Shown here in pieces: positions 25,801 to 39,451 of a stretch of DNA of 64,000 nt; position 1 is the stretch's first letter; every line of letters begins with the position of its first letter. The notes below the pieces were generated by a model, which worked only from the letters and a program-made list of their open reading frames with translations, was not told the origin of the DNA and did not search any database. This DNA is from Octopus vulgaris. Its lineage: Eukaryota. The position numbers and the translations under genes are program-made. The stretch is taken from NCBI GenBank assembly GCA_951406725.2, contig OX597814.1:248001-312000 (forward strand), read 5' to 3'.

Positions 25801-28800
25801 CCCTTCATAATGTTTGATTAATCTAAAGATTTTTGGTTAAGTTTTCAATTTCATTGAGGGTGCATATCATACTGGGGGTTAGGCTGTTGCATTGACAGTC
25901 TCAAGATTAGGGTTTCAGTTCCCAGACCAGACAGTGTGTTGTCTCCCTGATCAAAAGATGTATCCCATGGCTCTTTCACTCCACTCAGTTGCAGATGAGT
26001 GATGCTGCAATGGATCAGCATCCAGTTCAGTGGGGAATATTATGATCCCAATCACTTATACAGCTTGGAAATTCGGTACCTGGTGCTGTGAGTCCTAGGA
26101 TGCAAGGTTGTAATTTTCCAGGGGCTCATCCTCATGACCACCATCATCATCGTCGTCGTCGTCGTCATCATTTAACATCCATTTTCCATGCTGGCATGGG
26201 TTGGATGGTTTGACAGGAACTGGCGAGGCCAGAGAGCAGCACCAGGCTCCATTGTCTGTTTTGGCAAGGTTTTTATGGTCGGTTGCCCTTCCTAATGCTG
26301 ACCACTTTACAGAGTGTGCTGGGTGCTTTTTGTGTGGCACTGACACACATGCTTTTGACATGGGACAGGTACCAGCTCTTTGACACCAGCTCTTTTCACG
26401 TGACACCAGCACCAATGCTTTTTATGTTTTCTCTTTCTCTCAATTTCATTCCATAGTTAAGTTTGTTTAATGCATTACACTCAATCCTGTTTTGTTATAT
26501 TAAAGATTTTTAATTCATCTTCAACTGTATTCCCCTATCCCACCCCAGCCCCACACACGTTACCTTTAATTACATTTGAGATGATCACCTTTATAATATT
26601 TCTTTCTTTATTATCTCAACACTTTTCAGGTTTATTTGCTGCTGACCAAAACTTGAATGATAAAAATGGTTATAAGCGAGCCACTCAAACCCGCCAGAAT
26701 AATGGTGGGGGCAGAAGTGGTTATGAATGCCCAGAGGAGAGAGATTATTATCCTTACTGGCACCCAACCCCGTGGCTTGATATTGCTGTCTTTTCTCAAA
26801 AATCTGAAGATTGTCAGTAAGTGATGTTCATTCACTTGTTATTTGCAGGTTCATGTATGACTGACGGGTCAAAAAGTTTGCTTTACAACTACTAGCCACA
26901 CCACCAGAATAACCGCCAAATGCAGATGTCTCACGGGATGGAGCTTATGAGTTTTCACCACAAGAGAACCAGTAATTATACTGATTCTATGGAAAGCTGT
27001 AATTCTCAGCAGATTAGATTACTGGCCACCGCTTTCATCTCCAAGCTCATCTTGTCTCGTACAAGAGATTGAAGGGTTACAAGGAACATTAATGAGTAAA
27101 ATAACTTTGGTTAAAAGCCTCGATTCCTGGGAATGTCTGAAAGCTCTGTGTCTCTGAGTCTCTGCATCCTTCCATACTTGTTTGGTGTTGCTGAAGAAAT
27201 AGAAAACCGAAAAGTGGTTTTTAATTTTGTATCAAATATGTGTAACATGAACTGAAATTATATGAGGTCTGTTCAAATTGTATCAAGGCGGCTACTGTAA
27301 AAAGAAAACTACAACAATATCAATTCCCCTTCAAAATCGTTCCCTTCTGAAGCTGCACACTTTATCTCCCATCGTTTCCCTTGTTGGAAGCATTCCTGGA
27401 ACTCTTGTTTTGGGATAATGAGCAGCTACCTTGTCACATTCCGTTGGATTTCCTCAGCATCTTGAAGCCTTGGTTAAGTCTTACACTGTGAAGACTGAGC
27501 CTTGACTTCAGGATAATCACCAGAGACCCTTAATTCATGACCTGTTATGACTGTTTTTAAAAAAGGTTTTGTCTTCCTCAACACAGTCAAGGAGATCCTG
27601 CACAGCTGAAACTTAATCCTCTCTTTGAGGTGGCCACACTCTACACACTTTACTTCAAAGCACGTCTATACACAATGGAAGTGAGTGAGAATGTTATAAC
27701 TTGGTGTGCATGAGTGAAGGAGTTTACGGTCAAACTGTACCAGGTGGCTTCCCTTTGCATACTTTAGCTCTGTTCCCATAGCAACAGTCCCAGTGCATTT
27801 TGACCAGACCTCATTGTAATTATTGTCAAAGGATATGAACTATACTTTCTACAACAACAGCATTGCTATAAAGAAAATCAGTCTCAGTCAATGAATTTAT
27901 ACATCTCACCAAAAGAATGAAGACAGGTTCCGTGTCAGTGGAATGCCAATCACCCTTTGCTCCTTATTTTTGTTTCTCTCTCTCTCATTATCTTTCCACC
28001 CGTTTGTACATATAATGCAACTAGCTGTCAGGTGTGCAATTCTGTTTTAGGGCAGGACTCACCAAACTACGGCCCACAGGTCATGATCTGTTATGTTCTT
28101 AAAAAGGTGACCCTGTGCAGCTGAAGCCCAGTCTTCTACAAACTCTATTTCCAAGCATTGCTAGAAAGAACAGAAGTGTGTGAGAACATCTTTTATTTAG
28201 TGTACACACAACACTGAGTTCAGGATCAATTTGTGAGAAGTGGCTTCACTTTGCATATTTTAGCTCTGTTACCATAGCAACAGTGCTGATACTTTTTTGA
28301 TAAGATCTTGTATTTGGATTATGTTTGCAGAAATTACCGTGATAAGAGCTTCAATCAGCATAATTATGGAGAATGTGTAGAGTTTTACCCAGATAAGACA
28401 AGAAAATGTGCGTCAAGATATAACAATAAAGCAGCGTGTGAGAGTAACAAGAAGACTTGGGTTGAGTTTTCTAGTTACCTTGAGAAAGCACCAGGTAAGT
28501 AGATATAATTGATGCCATTTACCTGTGTCTTCTGCTCATTTCTGTTGCTGCCTGTTAAATATACATGGACACCAATATACATAGGCGCAGGAGTGGCTGT
28601 GTGGTAAGTAGCTTGCTTACCAACCACATGGTTCCGGGTTCAGTCCCACTGTGTGGCATCTTGGGCAAATGTCTTCTACTATAGCCTTGGGCCAACCAAA
28701 GCCTTGTGAGTGGATTTGGGAGACAGAAACTGAAAGAAGCCCATCATATATATGTGACCTCGTGTGTCCCATTGGCGATTTTTTTTTTCCTCCGTCTTCC

Positions 28801-28992
28801 CTTCTCTGGATCTTTCCTTCTCCTATGTTTCCGACAAAGAGCTCCGCTCGAAACGTTAAACCCTCCTTCTTTCCTTCTTTTCCAAGCGTCCAATAATACC
28901 ATATTTGTTCCACGTCCTCGCATTGTTGTGTTTTTTTGTGTTTTCTTGTTTGGATTAACTCTATATATATATATATGATGATGATGATGATG

Positions 28993-29032
<40 letters not shown>

Positions 29033-32000
29033 TTGTAAGCTTCATCACTTGACAACCTTTGCTGGAGTGTTTATGTTCCTGTAATTTAGCAGCTTTGCAA
29101 AAGAGACCTCTGGAATAATTACTAGGCTTACAAAGAATAATTCCTGGGGTCAATTCCCTCGACTAACACCCTTTAAGATGGTGTTCCAGCATGGCTGCAG
29201 TCAAATGACTGAAACAAGTAAAAGAATAAAAAAATACGAATTGATATACAATGATCCCTATGTTACTTCGCGGATCAACTAACACAGATTCACGACTTTG
29301 TGGATTTTTAAAATATATATATATGAACTCCTAAAATTTGTCATTAAATCCATTAATATATTAATAATAAATATTATTTCCTAGTCTAAGAACAACAAAA
29401 CAGGCATAAAATAGCAGAAAAGCATATACAGGGGTATTTGAACTTAAGACGGGCTGTGATTGATGCAATGGAGAAAGACTACGAATCACAGCTTTCTATT
29501 TTGTAATCTGGCCTGTGTAACAGTAACAATCTTTATTTTTTTTTTTAATCTAAAGTGTTGTTGCTTAACAGTTGTCCTTGTTATTAATAGACTACTGTAA
29601 TGGGTGGATTGTTAACAGTACAGGGAGGGTTTTAAAAGTCCAAATACACGTTAAATAAATACTGTAAATATGGTGTCCCTACTTTGAGGAAATTCAGTTA
29701 TCGCAGCCAGCCTCGGAACCAATCTACCGCGATAAACGAAGGATCACTGTAATTAATTCCTTGCTGTACAACTACTATGACATCTCTCTATAACCACTAT
29801 GACATCTCTCTATAACCACTATGACATGTCTCTATTATCACTATGCCATGCCTCTACAATCACTACAACAAACCTCTATGACAAACCTCTTTTATGACAT
29901 GTTTCCAGCTATAATTATGACGCATCTCTACTCTCACTATGACATGCTTCTACAATCGCTATGACATATCTTGTTTGATTCTATGACTTTATCTTTATAG
30001 CTGCCTTGTCATAAAATAACTTTATTCTTAGGGCAATGGGCTTGCAGAAATGTTAGCACGCCAGGCAAAATGCTTAACGGTATTTCGTCTATCGTTATAT
30101 TCTGAGTTCAAATTCCATCAAGGTCAACTTTGCCTTTCTTCCTTTCGGGTCGATAAATTAAGTACCAGTTGCATACTGGGGTCAATCTAATCGATTGGCC
30201 CTGCTCCCTAAAAGTTTCGGGCCTTGTACCAGGAGTAGAAAGAATACGACTTTATTCTTAGAGTGACGAGCTAGCAGAATCATTAAGCACACCAGGTGAA
30301 ATGATTAGCAATATTTCATCTGCCGTTATGTTCTGAGTTCAAATTCTGCCGAGGTCAACTTTGCCTTTCATCCTTTCAGGGTCGATTAAATAAGTACCAG
30401 TACTGGAGACGATGCAATAAACTTAATCCCTTTGTCTGTCCTTCTTTGTCCCCTGTATGTTTAGTGCCCCGTGGGCAATAAAGAAATAAATATAACGAGG
30501 CAAGTGAGAATCAAATCAAATCAAAATCGATGAACATCAATGGAATTTGTATTTTTGTGGTACCAGTGCCGGTGGCACATAAGAAAACCATCCGAACATG
30601 GCCGTAGCCAGTACCGCATCGACTGGCCTCCGTGCTGTGGGCACGTAACAAACACCATCTGATCGTGGCCGTGCCAGCCTCGCCTCGCCTCCGTGCCGGT
30701 GGCATGTAAAAAACACCATCCGAGCGTGGCTGTTCGCCAGCCTCGTCTGGCACCTCTGTCGGTGGCACAAAAAAAAACACCATCCGAGCGTGGCCGTTTG
30801 CCAGCCTCATCTGGCATCCAGCTGTAGAAACACAGCCAGATCTGACTTGCCTGGTGCAGCCTTCAGGCTTCCCAGACCCCAGTTGAACCGTCCAACCCAT
30901 GCTAGCATGGAAAGTGGACGTTAAACGATGATGATGATGATGTTCTTGAGCTGGGTCATAACCTCCATGCAAGCCTCTCCGTGCTCACTCAATTCAGCTT
31001 CTTCTTAGCTTTCTACGTTGTCAACAAGAATCCTTCAGTCCACCACCACCACCACTAACACCCCCACACCACCCACAACACCCCCAACACCACCCACATT
31101 ACCCCCAAACACCACTACCAACATCACCACCAACACCACCCACCACCACCACCGTTACCACAACACCATCAACACTAACATCACCACCATCACCGCCAAC
31201 ACCACCAACACCATCATCATCATCACCACCACTACCACCACCACCACCATCAACACTAACATCACCACCATCACCGCCAACACTAACATCACCACCATCA
31301 CGAACACCACCACCACCACCACCACCACTGCCACCACCTTATTCATTATTCAAATTAATAAATAATTCCAGAGTCCTAATCTACCAAATTTTCTTCCAGA
31401 ATATAAAACTGCTGAAGAATGCAAGAAGGCCAAATCAAAAGTCAATGTAGAACATGTGTGGGGCCTTCCTTGGGACACCAAAAATATCAGCCACAAAGAA
31501 TGTTTGGTGCGTGCAGATGTTCCCGTATGTCACAAAGCTGCTTATTCTCGGTAAGTTCTGAATAAAGAATTATGTTTTTTCTTATTTATTATTTTACATA
31601 GGTGCAGGGGTTGGACAAAATAATGGAAACCCCTTAAAATTTCAAACAAATTAATTTTAATATAGGGTGGAACTGCCTTTGGCAGTAATTACAGCTTGAA
31701 TTCTACAAGGTATGGACTCGTACAAAGTTTGAATTGTTTCCAAAGGAATTTTTGTCCATTCTTCAGTTAAAACTGTCTCCAGTTCTTGTAGTAATGATGG
31801 TGGAGGATATTGACTCTTTACTCGTTTTTCTGAAATGCACCATAAATATTCAATAATATCGAGATGTGGGGACTGTGGTGGCCAGATAAGATGTTCAACT
31901 TCACTAGAATGTTTCTCGTGCCATTCAGTAACGACTTTAGCTGTGTGAATTGGTGCATTATCATCCTGAAAGATTGCGTTTCCCTCCGGAAACAGTTCTG

Positions 32001-33398
32001 CAGCCATAGGATGAATTTGATCAGATAAAATGCTTAAATAGTCTTGACTATTAATTCTGCTATGAAGGGAAACCATTGGGCCTGCAGATTTCAAGATATA
32101 GTCCCCCAGATCATCACAGATCCTCCTTCATGGAAGAAGGCAGTCTGGGTCAAATACTTCTTTTGGCTGTCTCCACATGTATACTCGGCTGGTGGTCAAA
32201 AATAAGGTAAAGGATGACTCGTCCAAGAAAATAGCATTCTTCCACTGCTCTAGGGACCAATTCTGTAGGTTTTTACTCCACTCTGAATGCTTTGCAATGT
32301 TTGTTTTTGAAAGTAATGGTTTTTTGGTCATTTCTTTCAAGACAATACTTCTTGATACACCAAACATTTCGGCTGTTTTCGTTACGCTAATGCCTGCCAT
32401 ACGAGCACCAACAATTTTTACCTCTTTGAAAGTCTGATTGATCTGTCATTTTAATGAATTTTAATTACCTTTTTGTGATGATATCTGAAAAAAAAAACAG
32501 TAATTTTAGCAAAACATATTAAGCAATGCTAATAATAAATAAAAAAAACAAAAATAAACAAGCTTTTGATGGTTTTATAGATATTTCAAAATTATGATGC
32601 TGTGTGTTCCCATTATTTTGCCCAAACCCTGTATCTTTAGAAGACAGGAAAATGTGGCCAGCTAAAGAGAATTGAACCCTGTACCTCTCAAATTCCTGAT
32701 GAGTACTTTGTACCATTAAGTTGAGCAAACCCTGACAGCAAATACTGTCTTTTATAACACTAAACAATAGCTGTTGGAATGTGAGAACATTTTTTATAAA
32801 CAAACTTAAAAATGCTGAGTGAGTATTTTACAGAAAATGAAGTAAATCTTGAATGCAGAATATCTGTGAAAACTGCTCAGGTGATCAGGTAAAAACTGCT
32901 CAGGTGATCAGGTAAAAACCTTCAGAAGATGGAAAAAAGTGGCCAGCAAGCGCTACAGAGAATCGAACCTTGTACCTCTCAATCCTCTGTAGTGGCTTGC
33001 TGACTGATTTTTTTTTTTTCATCTCCTAAGGTATTTACAGATCTAAATTGTTTCCACAGGTATTCTGCATTTGAAATTTCCTATATTTTCAGTAAAATAC
33101 TAAAACAGTTATATCTTATCCTTTTCTACTCTAAGCACAAGGCCCAAAATTTGCGGGGTGGGGGCCAGTCGATTAGATCAACCCCAGTAAGCAACTGGTA
33201 CTTAATTTATCGACTCCGAAAGGATAAAAGGCAAAGTTGACTTCGGCAAAATTTGAACTCAGAACATAAAGAGAGACGAAATATCGCTAAGCATTTCACC
33301 CAGTGTGCTAATGTTTCTGCTAGCTTGCTGCCTTGACAGTTTTATCTTAACATGCCCAAACATTTCATTAAAAATCTTTAATTGATCATTATTAAAGT

Positions 33399-33440
<42 letters not shown>

Positions 33441-36400
33441 GATAAGTGGTACAACATGGCACCAAATGTTTACTGGAAAATAGCAATCAATACAAATACA
33501 ACGCTATTGTATGGCTTCACTGTGTATTTACTAGCAAAGACGTGTGTGTGCAACAAACATGAAAAATTTGCCTTACCTCCAGGAAGAACATTCGATAAAT
33601 GGACAACCCAGAATCGGATAATGCAGGACTGGTTTCTGACTCTTCAAATACGTTTGACAACGTAAATTTGATCAGTCTTCATCAGCTGCATTTACCTAGA
33701 CAAGATTTCAAATGTTGCCGCATCAATGCCATTATACTCACCTGAACGCCTAGTCTTTAAGTAATTTATTTTATTTCCTTATGTCACAGAATTTGAAGAA
33801 TTCCAGGAAATTTAATTGCTTCATCCTGCGTAAACAATTTCTTCCATTTCTTACACAGAACAAATCATTTGGGTAATGGACTCTCGGGAACAATGAATTC
33901 CTTTATGTGGAAACTTCCTTATTTTCCGTCTGGTAATGAAAAGCGCTGCGTCTTCAGAATCAGGTAAGTTGTTTCTACGTATGTTCTTCTTCATCATCAT
34001 CATTTAACATCTGTTTTCCATGCTGGCATGGGCTGGACAGTTTGACAGGAACTGGCAAGCCAGAGAGCTACACCAGTCCTCAAATGTCTGTTGTGGAATG
34101 GTTTCTACAGTTTCGTGCCCTTCCCTAACACCAACCACTTTACAGAGTATATGGGGATGCTTTTTCCATGGCACCAGCAGCAGTGACATCACTAAGGAAC
34201 TTGCAAGACATGACAAAATCCCTTCAACTGGGGTGGGCCAGGGAGTATTATGAAGGCAGGTGGCTCGGTGCCAGTTGATGAGAGAGATTAAAAGAATAAT
34301 GGAGAGATAGAGAGAGGTGCCTTGCTCTAGAAGAGATACGAGGATATCCCATTTGAAGAAAAAGGTAGAGAAAGAGAGAGATGAAGAGAATGAGAGATCA
34401 TCATCATCATCATCATCATCATCTTCATTTAATGTGCATTGTCCATGCTGGCATGGGTTGGATGGTTTGACTGGGTTGGTAAGCTGGAAATCTGCGCCAG
34501 ACTCCAGTCTGATTTGGCATAGTTTACTACGGCTGGATGCCCTTCCTAATGCCAACCACTCTGAGAGTGTAATGGGTGCTTTTACATGCCACTGGCACGA
34601 GTGCCATTTGCATGACACCAGGGTGTGTTTATGTGCCACTGGCACGGGTGCCAATTTGTGTGACACCAGTATCTGCCGCAACTGTGGTTTTGCTCAGCTT
34701 GATGGGTCTTCTTCTCAAGCATGACGTAATGCCAAAGGCCTTGGTCATTGCTTCCATGAGGCCCAACACTTGAAAGAAGCTTTCCACATGCCACCAGCAT
34801 CTGTCACTTTGCCTCCATGAGGCCCAACACTAGAAAGGGTCTTTTCCTATGCCACTGGCACAGGTGCCAATTACATGGCACCAGTATCAGCCACGACTAT
34901 GATTTCACTTGGCTTGATGGGTCTTCTAAAGCACAGCATATTACCAAAAGGTCTCGGTCACTAGTCATTGCCTCCGTGAGATGGTGATGGACATACCCTC
35001 AAGGTACAGTGGGGTGGGGTGAATATAGGTGAAGTGATAGAGAGGATTGGACTGGGTGAGGGGTCAGCAGAGACAGAGAGGAAAGTTTCATAAGAATGTG
35101 AGGAGAGGTATATACACCATATGCCTTTTCTTAACCTTTTTGTTACCAACTCGGCTGAAACCACCTCTGGCTCTGTAGTACAAATTTACTGTTTTCAAAA
35201 GTTCTGAATTAAAATCTTCCACCAAACCTTAGTCACAATTTATGTTCCTAACACTAGCTTAGTGATAACAAAGTTATTTTACTAAATGTTTTATTTTATT
35301 TAAAATCAATTGAAAGAAATACAGAGCATCTCAACAGAAATATGGTGAAAAAATGGGTTAACAAATGATTAATTTAACCCTTTTGATACCAACCCAGCTG
35401 AAACCGCCTCTGGCTCTGTAGTACAAATGTTTTGTTTTCAACAGTTTGGAATTAAAATCTTCTACCAAACCTTAGTCACAATTTATGTTCCTAACACTAG
35501 TTGAATGATAACTAAGTTATTTTACTAAATTCTTAATTATATTTAGAATCAATTAAAAGAAACACAGAACATCTCAAAATAAATACAGTAACGAAAGGGT
35601 TATTTAATATCAAAACAGTAAAAATTACATTAAATCAAATAAGAGAATTAATGTTGTGAGATATATTTTGTTTTGCAGATACAACATCAGTACGGATGAC
35701 TATGACCCTGCCACGACAACAGCTGCACAAAATGGGTAAGTAAAGAATTAGCTGAGAATTCCTTATTGATTTACAAAATCATTCTTGACAATAACACAGT
35801 GGCACTCCATAGGTTACAACGACAAGGGTTCCGGTTGGTCCCATCAACAGAACAGCTTGCTTGGGAAATAAACATGCAAGTGGCTGAGCACTCCACAGCA
35901 AACGCATACCCTTAGCAAAGTTTTCAGAGAGATTCTCTGTGACACAGAATAGAACAAGGCCGGCCCTTTGAAATACAGGTACAACTCAACTTTGCCAGTT
36001 GAGTGAACTGCAGTAACAGTGGAGGCACAATGGCCCAATGGTTAGGGCAGCGGACTAGCGGTCGGAGGATTGTGGTTTCGATTTCGGGCGTTGTGTGTGT
36101 TTATTGAGCGAAAACACCTAAAGCTCCATGAGACTCTGGCAGGGGGGGAGAGGCGATCCCCGTTGTACTCTTTCGCCCCACCTTTCTCTCACTCTTTCTT
36201 CCTGTTTCTTGTCTCCGACTTCCTACGCAACATCTGATAGCCTGAATGTGCATTCATCCATCCGTCGATGCTCTCGGTGTCGGGGGTTGACCTGCTTTCT
36301 CTTCTGCGGGTCTTACGAATAGCAAAGGACCACGTTTCGGACTTCTCCCACTGGGACGAAGACCGTTTGCTCAACAGCAACAGCACAACAACTGCAGCAA

Positions 36401-38627
36401 CATGAAATAAAGTGTCTTGCTCAAGGACACAACACACCACCAGGAATCAAACTCATGACCTTACAATCGTGAATCAAATACCCTAACCACTGAGCCACCG
36501 TGCCTTCACACGATGATGATATAAGACAATTAGGGACAGTATTAAGTACTGATTGTTTGATAAGGCGATGGTTAGTAGAATTATTTCTACTCTAGGCACA
36601 AAGCCTTGAAAATTTTAGTGGGAAGGGGGCTAGTTGATTACATCGACCCCAGTGTTTCACAAGTACTTATTTCATCGACCCCGAAAGGATATACGGCAAA
36701 GTCTACCTTGGCAGAATTTGAACCCAAAACGTAGCAGCAGGAGCTAAACACAAGGAGCTAAACACAGAGAGGACAAACAAGGACAGACAAACGGATTTAA
36801 GTCAATTACATCGACCCCAGTGCATAACTGGTATTTACTTAATCGACCCCGAAAGGATGAAAGGCAAAGTTGACCTTGGCGTAATTTGAACTCAGAACGT
36901 AGTGGCAGGCAAAATACCACTAAGCATTTTGTCCACCGTGCTAACAATACTGCCAGCTCATCGCCTTCAAAAATAATAATGATAATAGTAATAATAATAA
37001 CAATAAAAAAAAACACCTTTTGAGCAAGGCCATTGCCAGCACCACCTGACTGGCCCTCGTGCCGGTGGCATGCAAAAGCACACACTACACTCTCGGAGTG
37101 GTTCATGGCATCCAGCTGTAGAAACTCTGCCAGATCGGATTGGAGCCTGGTGCAGCCATCTGGTTCGCCAGTCCTCAGTCAAATCGTCCAACCCATGCTA
37201 GCATGGAAAGAGGACATTAAATGATGATGTTTCAAATTTTGCCACAACATATCGGCAGACGAAATCCTCCTAAGCATTTCACCCTGCATCCTAACAATTC
37301 TGCCAGCTTGCCGCCTTGATGCTTAGCATAATGGCCAAGTTGGCAGTTCTCTTCTTAGCTGAAGCCTTTATTACTAAACTGAAAAAACAGACAAGAAATT
37401 TCTACTTCTTAAAATTTCACAATTGAAGACATTAGTGTCTTTTATCTCTCATCTTTTACTCATTTTAGTCATTAGACTGTGGCCATGCTGGGGCACCACC
37501 TTGAAAGGTGCTTATCTTATGTTGAGCCTGGTACTTATTCTATCAGTCTTGTTTGCCTAGCTGCCAAGTTACAGGGATGTAAACACACCAACACCGATTG
37601 CGAAATGGTGATGAGGGACAAACACACACACACACATTTATATATATATAGATATGATGAACTTCTTTCAGTTTCTATCTGCCATATTCACTCACAAGGC
37701 TTTGGTTAATTCGGTCCTATAGTAGAAGACACTTGCCCAAGATACCATGCAACGGGGCTGAACCAGGAACCCTGTGGTTGCAAAGAAAACTTCTTACCAC
37801 ACAGCCATGTCTCTGCTTCTAGCAAACTTAATCGTACATTATTTACATTCGAAGGATATTTGTCTTTATCTTGTTTCTTGTTAACACAACGTTTAGGCTG
37901 ATTTACCCTCCAGCCTTCATCAGGTGTCTTGGGGAAATTTCGAACCTGGGTTCTCATTCCTAAGGTATTTTTCAATATTGTTATTATTATTATTATTATT
38001 ATTGAGGCAATGGCGAAGGACTGAGATCTCTGGAGATATGCTGTGACTGCAAAGACCTGGGCTGCTTCCTGCACCAGTTCCGCATAGCTCCTGCCCATTC
38101 AAAGTACCTTGGATTCCAGAACATCCCGCTGTGCTTGAGGAGACCTATTGAGTCAAGTACATGAACATCGAAATAAATATCAATTGAAATAGTAGTTGTG
38201 ATACCTGTGCCGGTGGCACATAAAAAGCACCATCCGAACATGGCCGATGCCAGCGCCGCCTCGACTGGCTTCTGTGCCGGTGGCACATAAAAAGTACCCA
38301 CTACACTTGCGGAGTGGTTGGCGTTAGGAAGGGCATCCAGCTGTAGAAACACTGCCAGATCAGACTGGAGCCTGGTGCAGCCTCTGGCTTCCCAGACCCC
38401 GGTCGAACCGTCCAACCCATGCTAGCACGGAAAACGGACGTTAAACGATGATGATGATTCACTGCCTGGAATTGAACTCAGAATCCTGGGGTTAGTAGCC
38501 TGTACTCTTAACCACTTTGCCATAGGCCCGCGTGCTTAACCACTAGGCCATATGCCTACAGGCATACAGCATAGTGGTTAAGAGCATGGGATACTAACCC
38601 CAGGATTCCGAGTTCAATTCCAGGCAG

Positions 38628-38663
<36 letters not shown>

Positions 38664-39413
38664 TTGAAAAATACTTTAGGAATGAGAACCCAGGTTCGAA
38701 ATTTCCCCAAGACACCTGATGAAGGCTGGAGAGTATATCAGCCGAAACATTGTGTTAACAACAAACAAGATGAGGACAAATATCCATCAAATGTAAATAA
38801 TGTAAATAATTCCTCATCTCTTAAATATAGAAACTAAATTGTATCACTCGTTTGTAACTGGTACTTGGGTATCTTTAGTGAAGTCCATTAACTGGGGTGG
38901 CAGATTTAAACCCTTGTTTAGCTTAGCACAAGTAACCCGGTCCTTCAGTATCCCCTTTTGCTGCAATCCTTAGGACCATGTCTCTGGTTTGAGCACAACA
39001 CCCAACCTCTCTCCCTTCTTCAAGTCTTAGAAACTTTGGGGTGGGGGGGAAGAAGGTCATGAGTGAGGCAATTCCTCCTCTGTCTGAGATATTTAAAATA
39101 TAAGGTAATGGAGATCCAACTTAAATTTGCAGAACTAAATAGCCCCAAATATGGCTGTGGTGTAAGGACAAACACCACCACCACCACCACCATCATCATT
39201 ATCACCATCATCATCATTACCAATATAATCATCATCGTTATCATCACTATCATCATTATCATCATCATCGTTATCATCAACATCATCATTATCACCATCA
39301 TCTTCATCATCATCATCATCATCATCATCGTCGCCGTCGTCATTATCAGAATCATCATCATTACCAATATAATCATCATCATCATCATCATCGTTATCAT
39401 CACTATCATCATT

Positions 39414-39451
<38 letters not shown>

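Noticed and set aside
38560-38630. tRNA-like sequence as a functional tRNA gene
   Set aside because: No acceptor stem; it is the head of a repeated element
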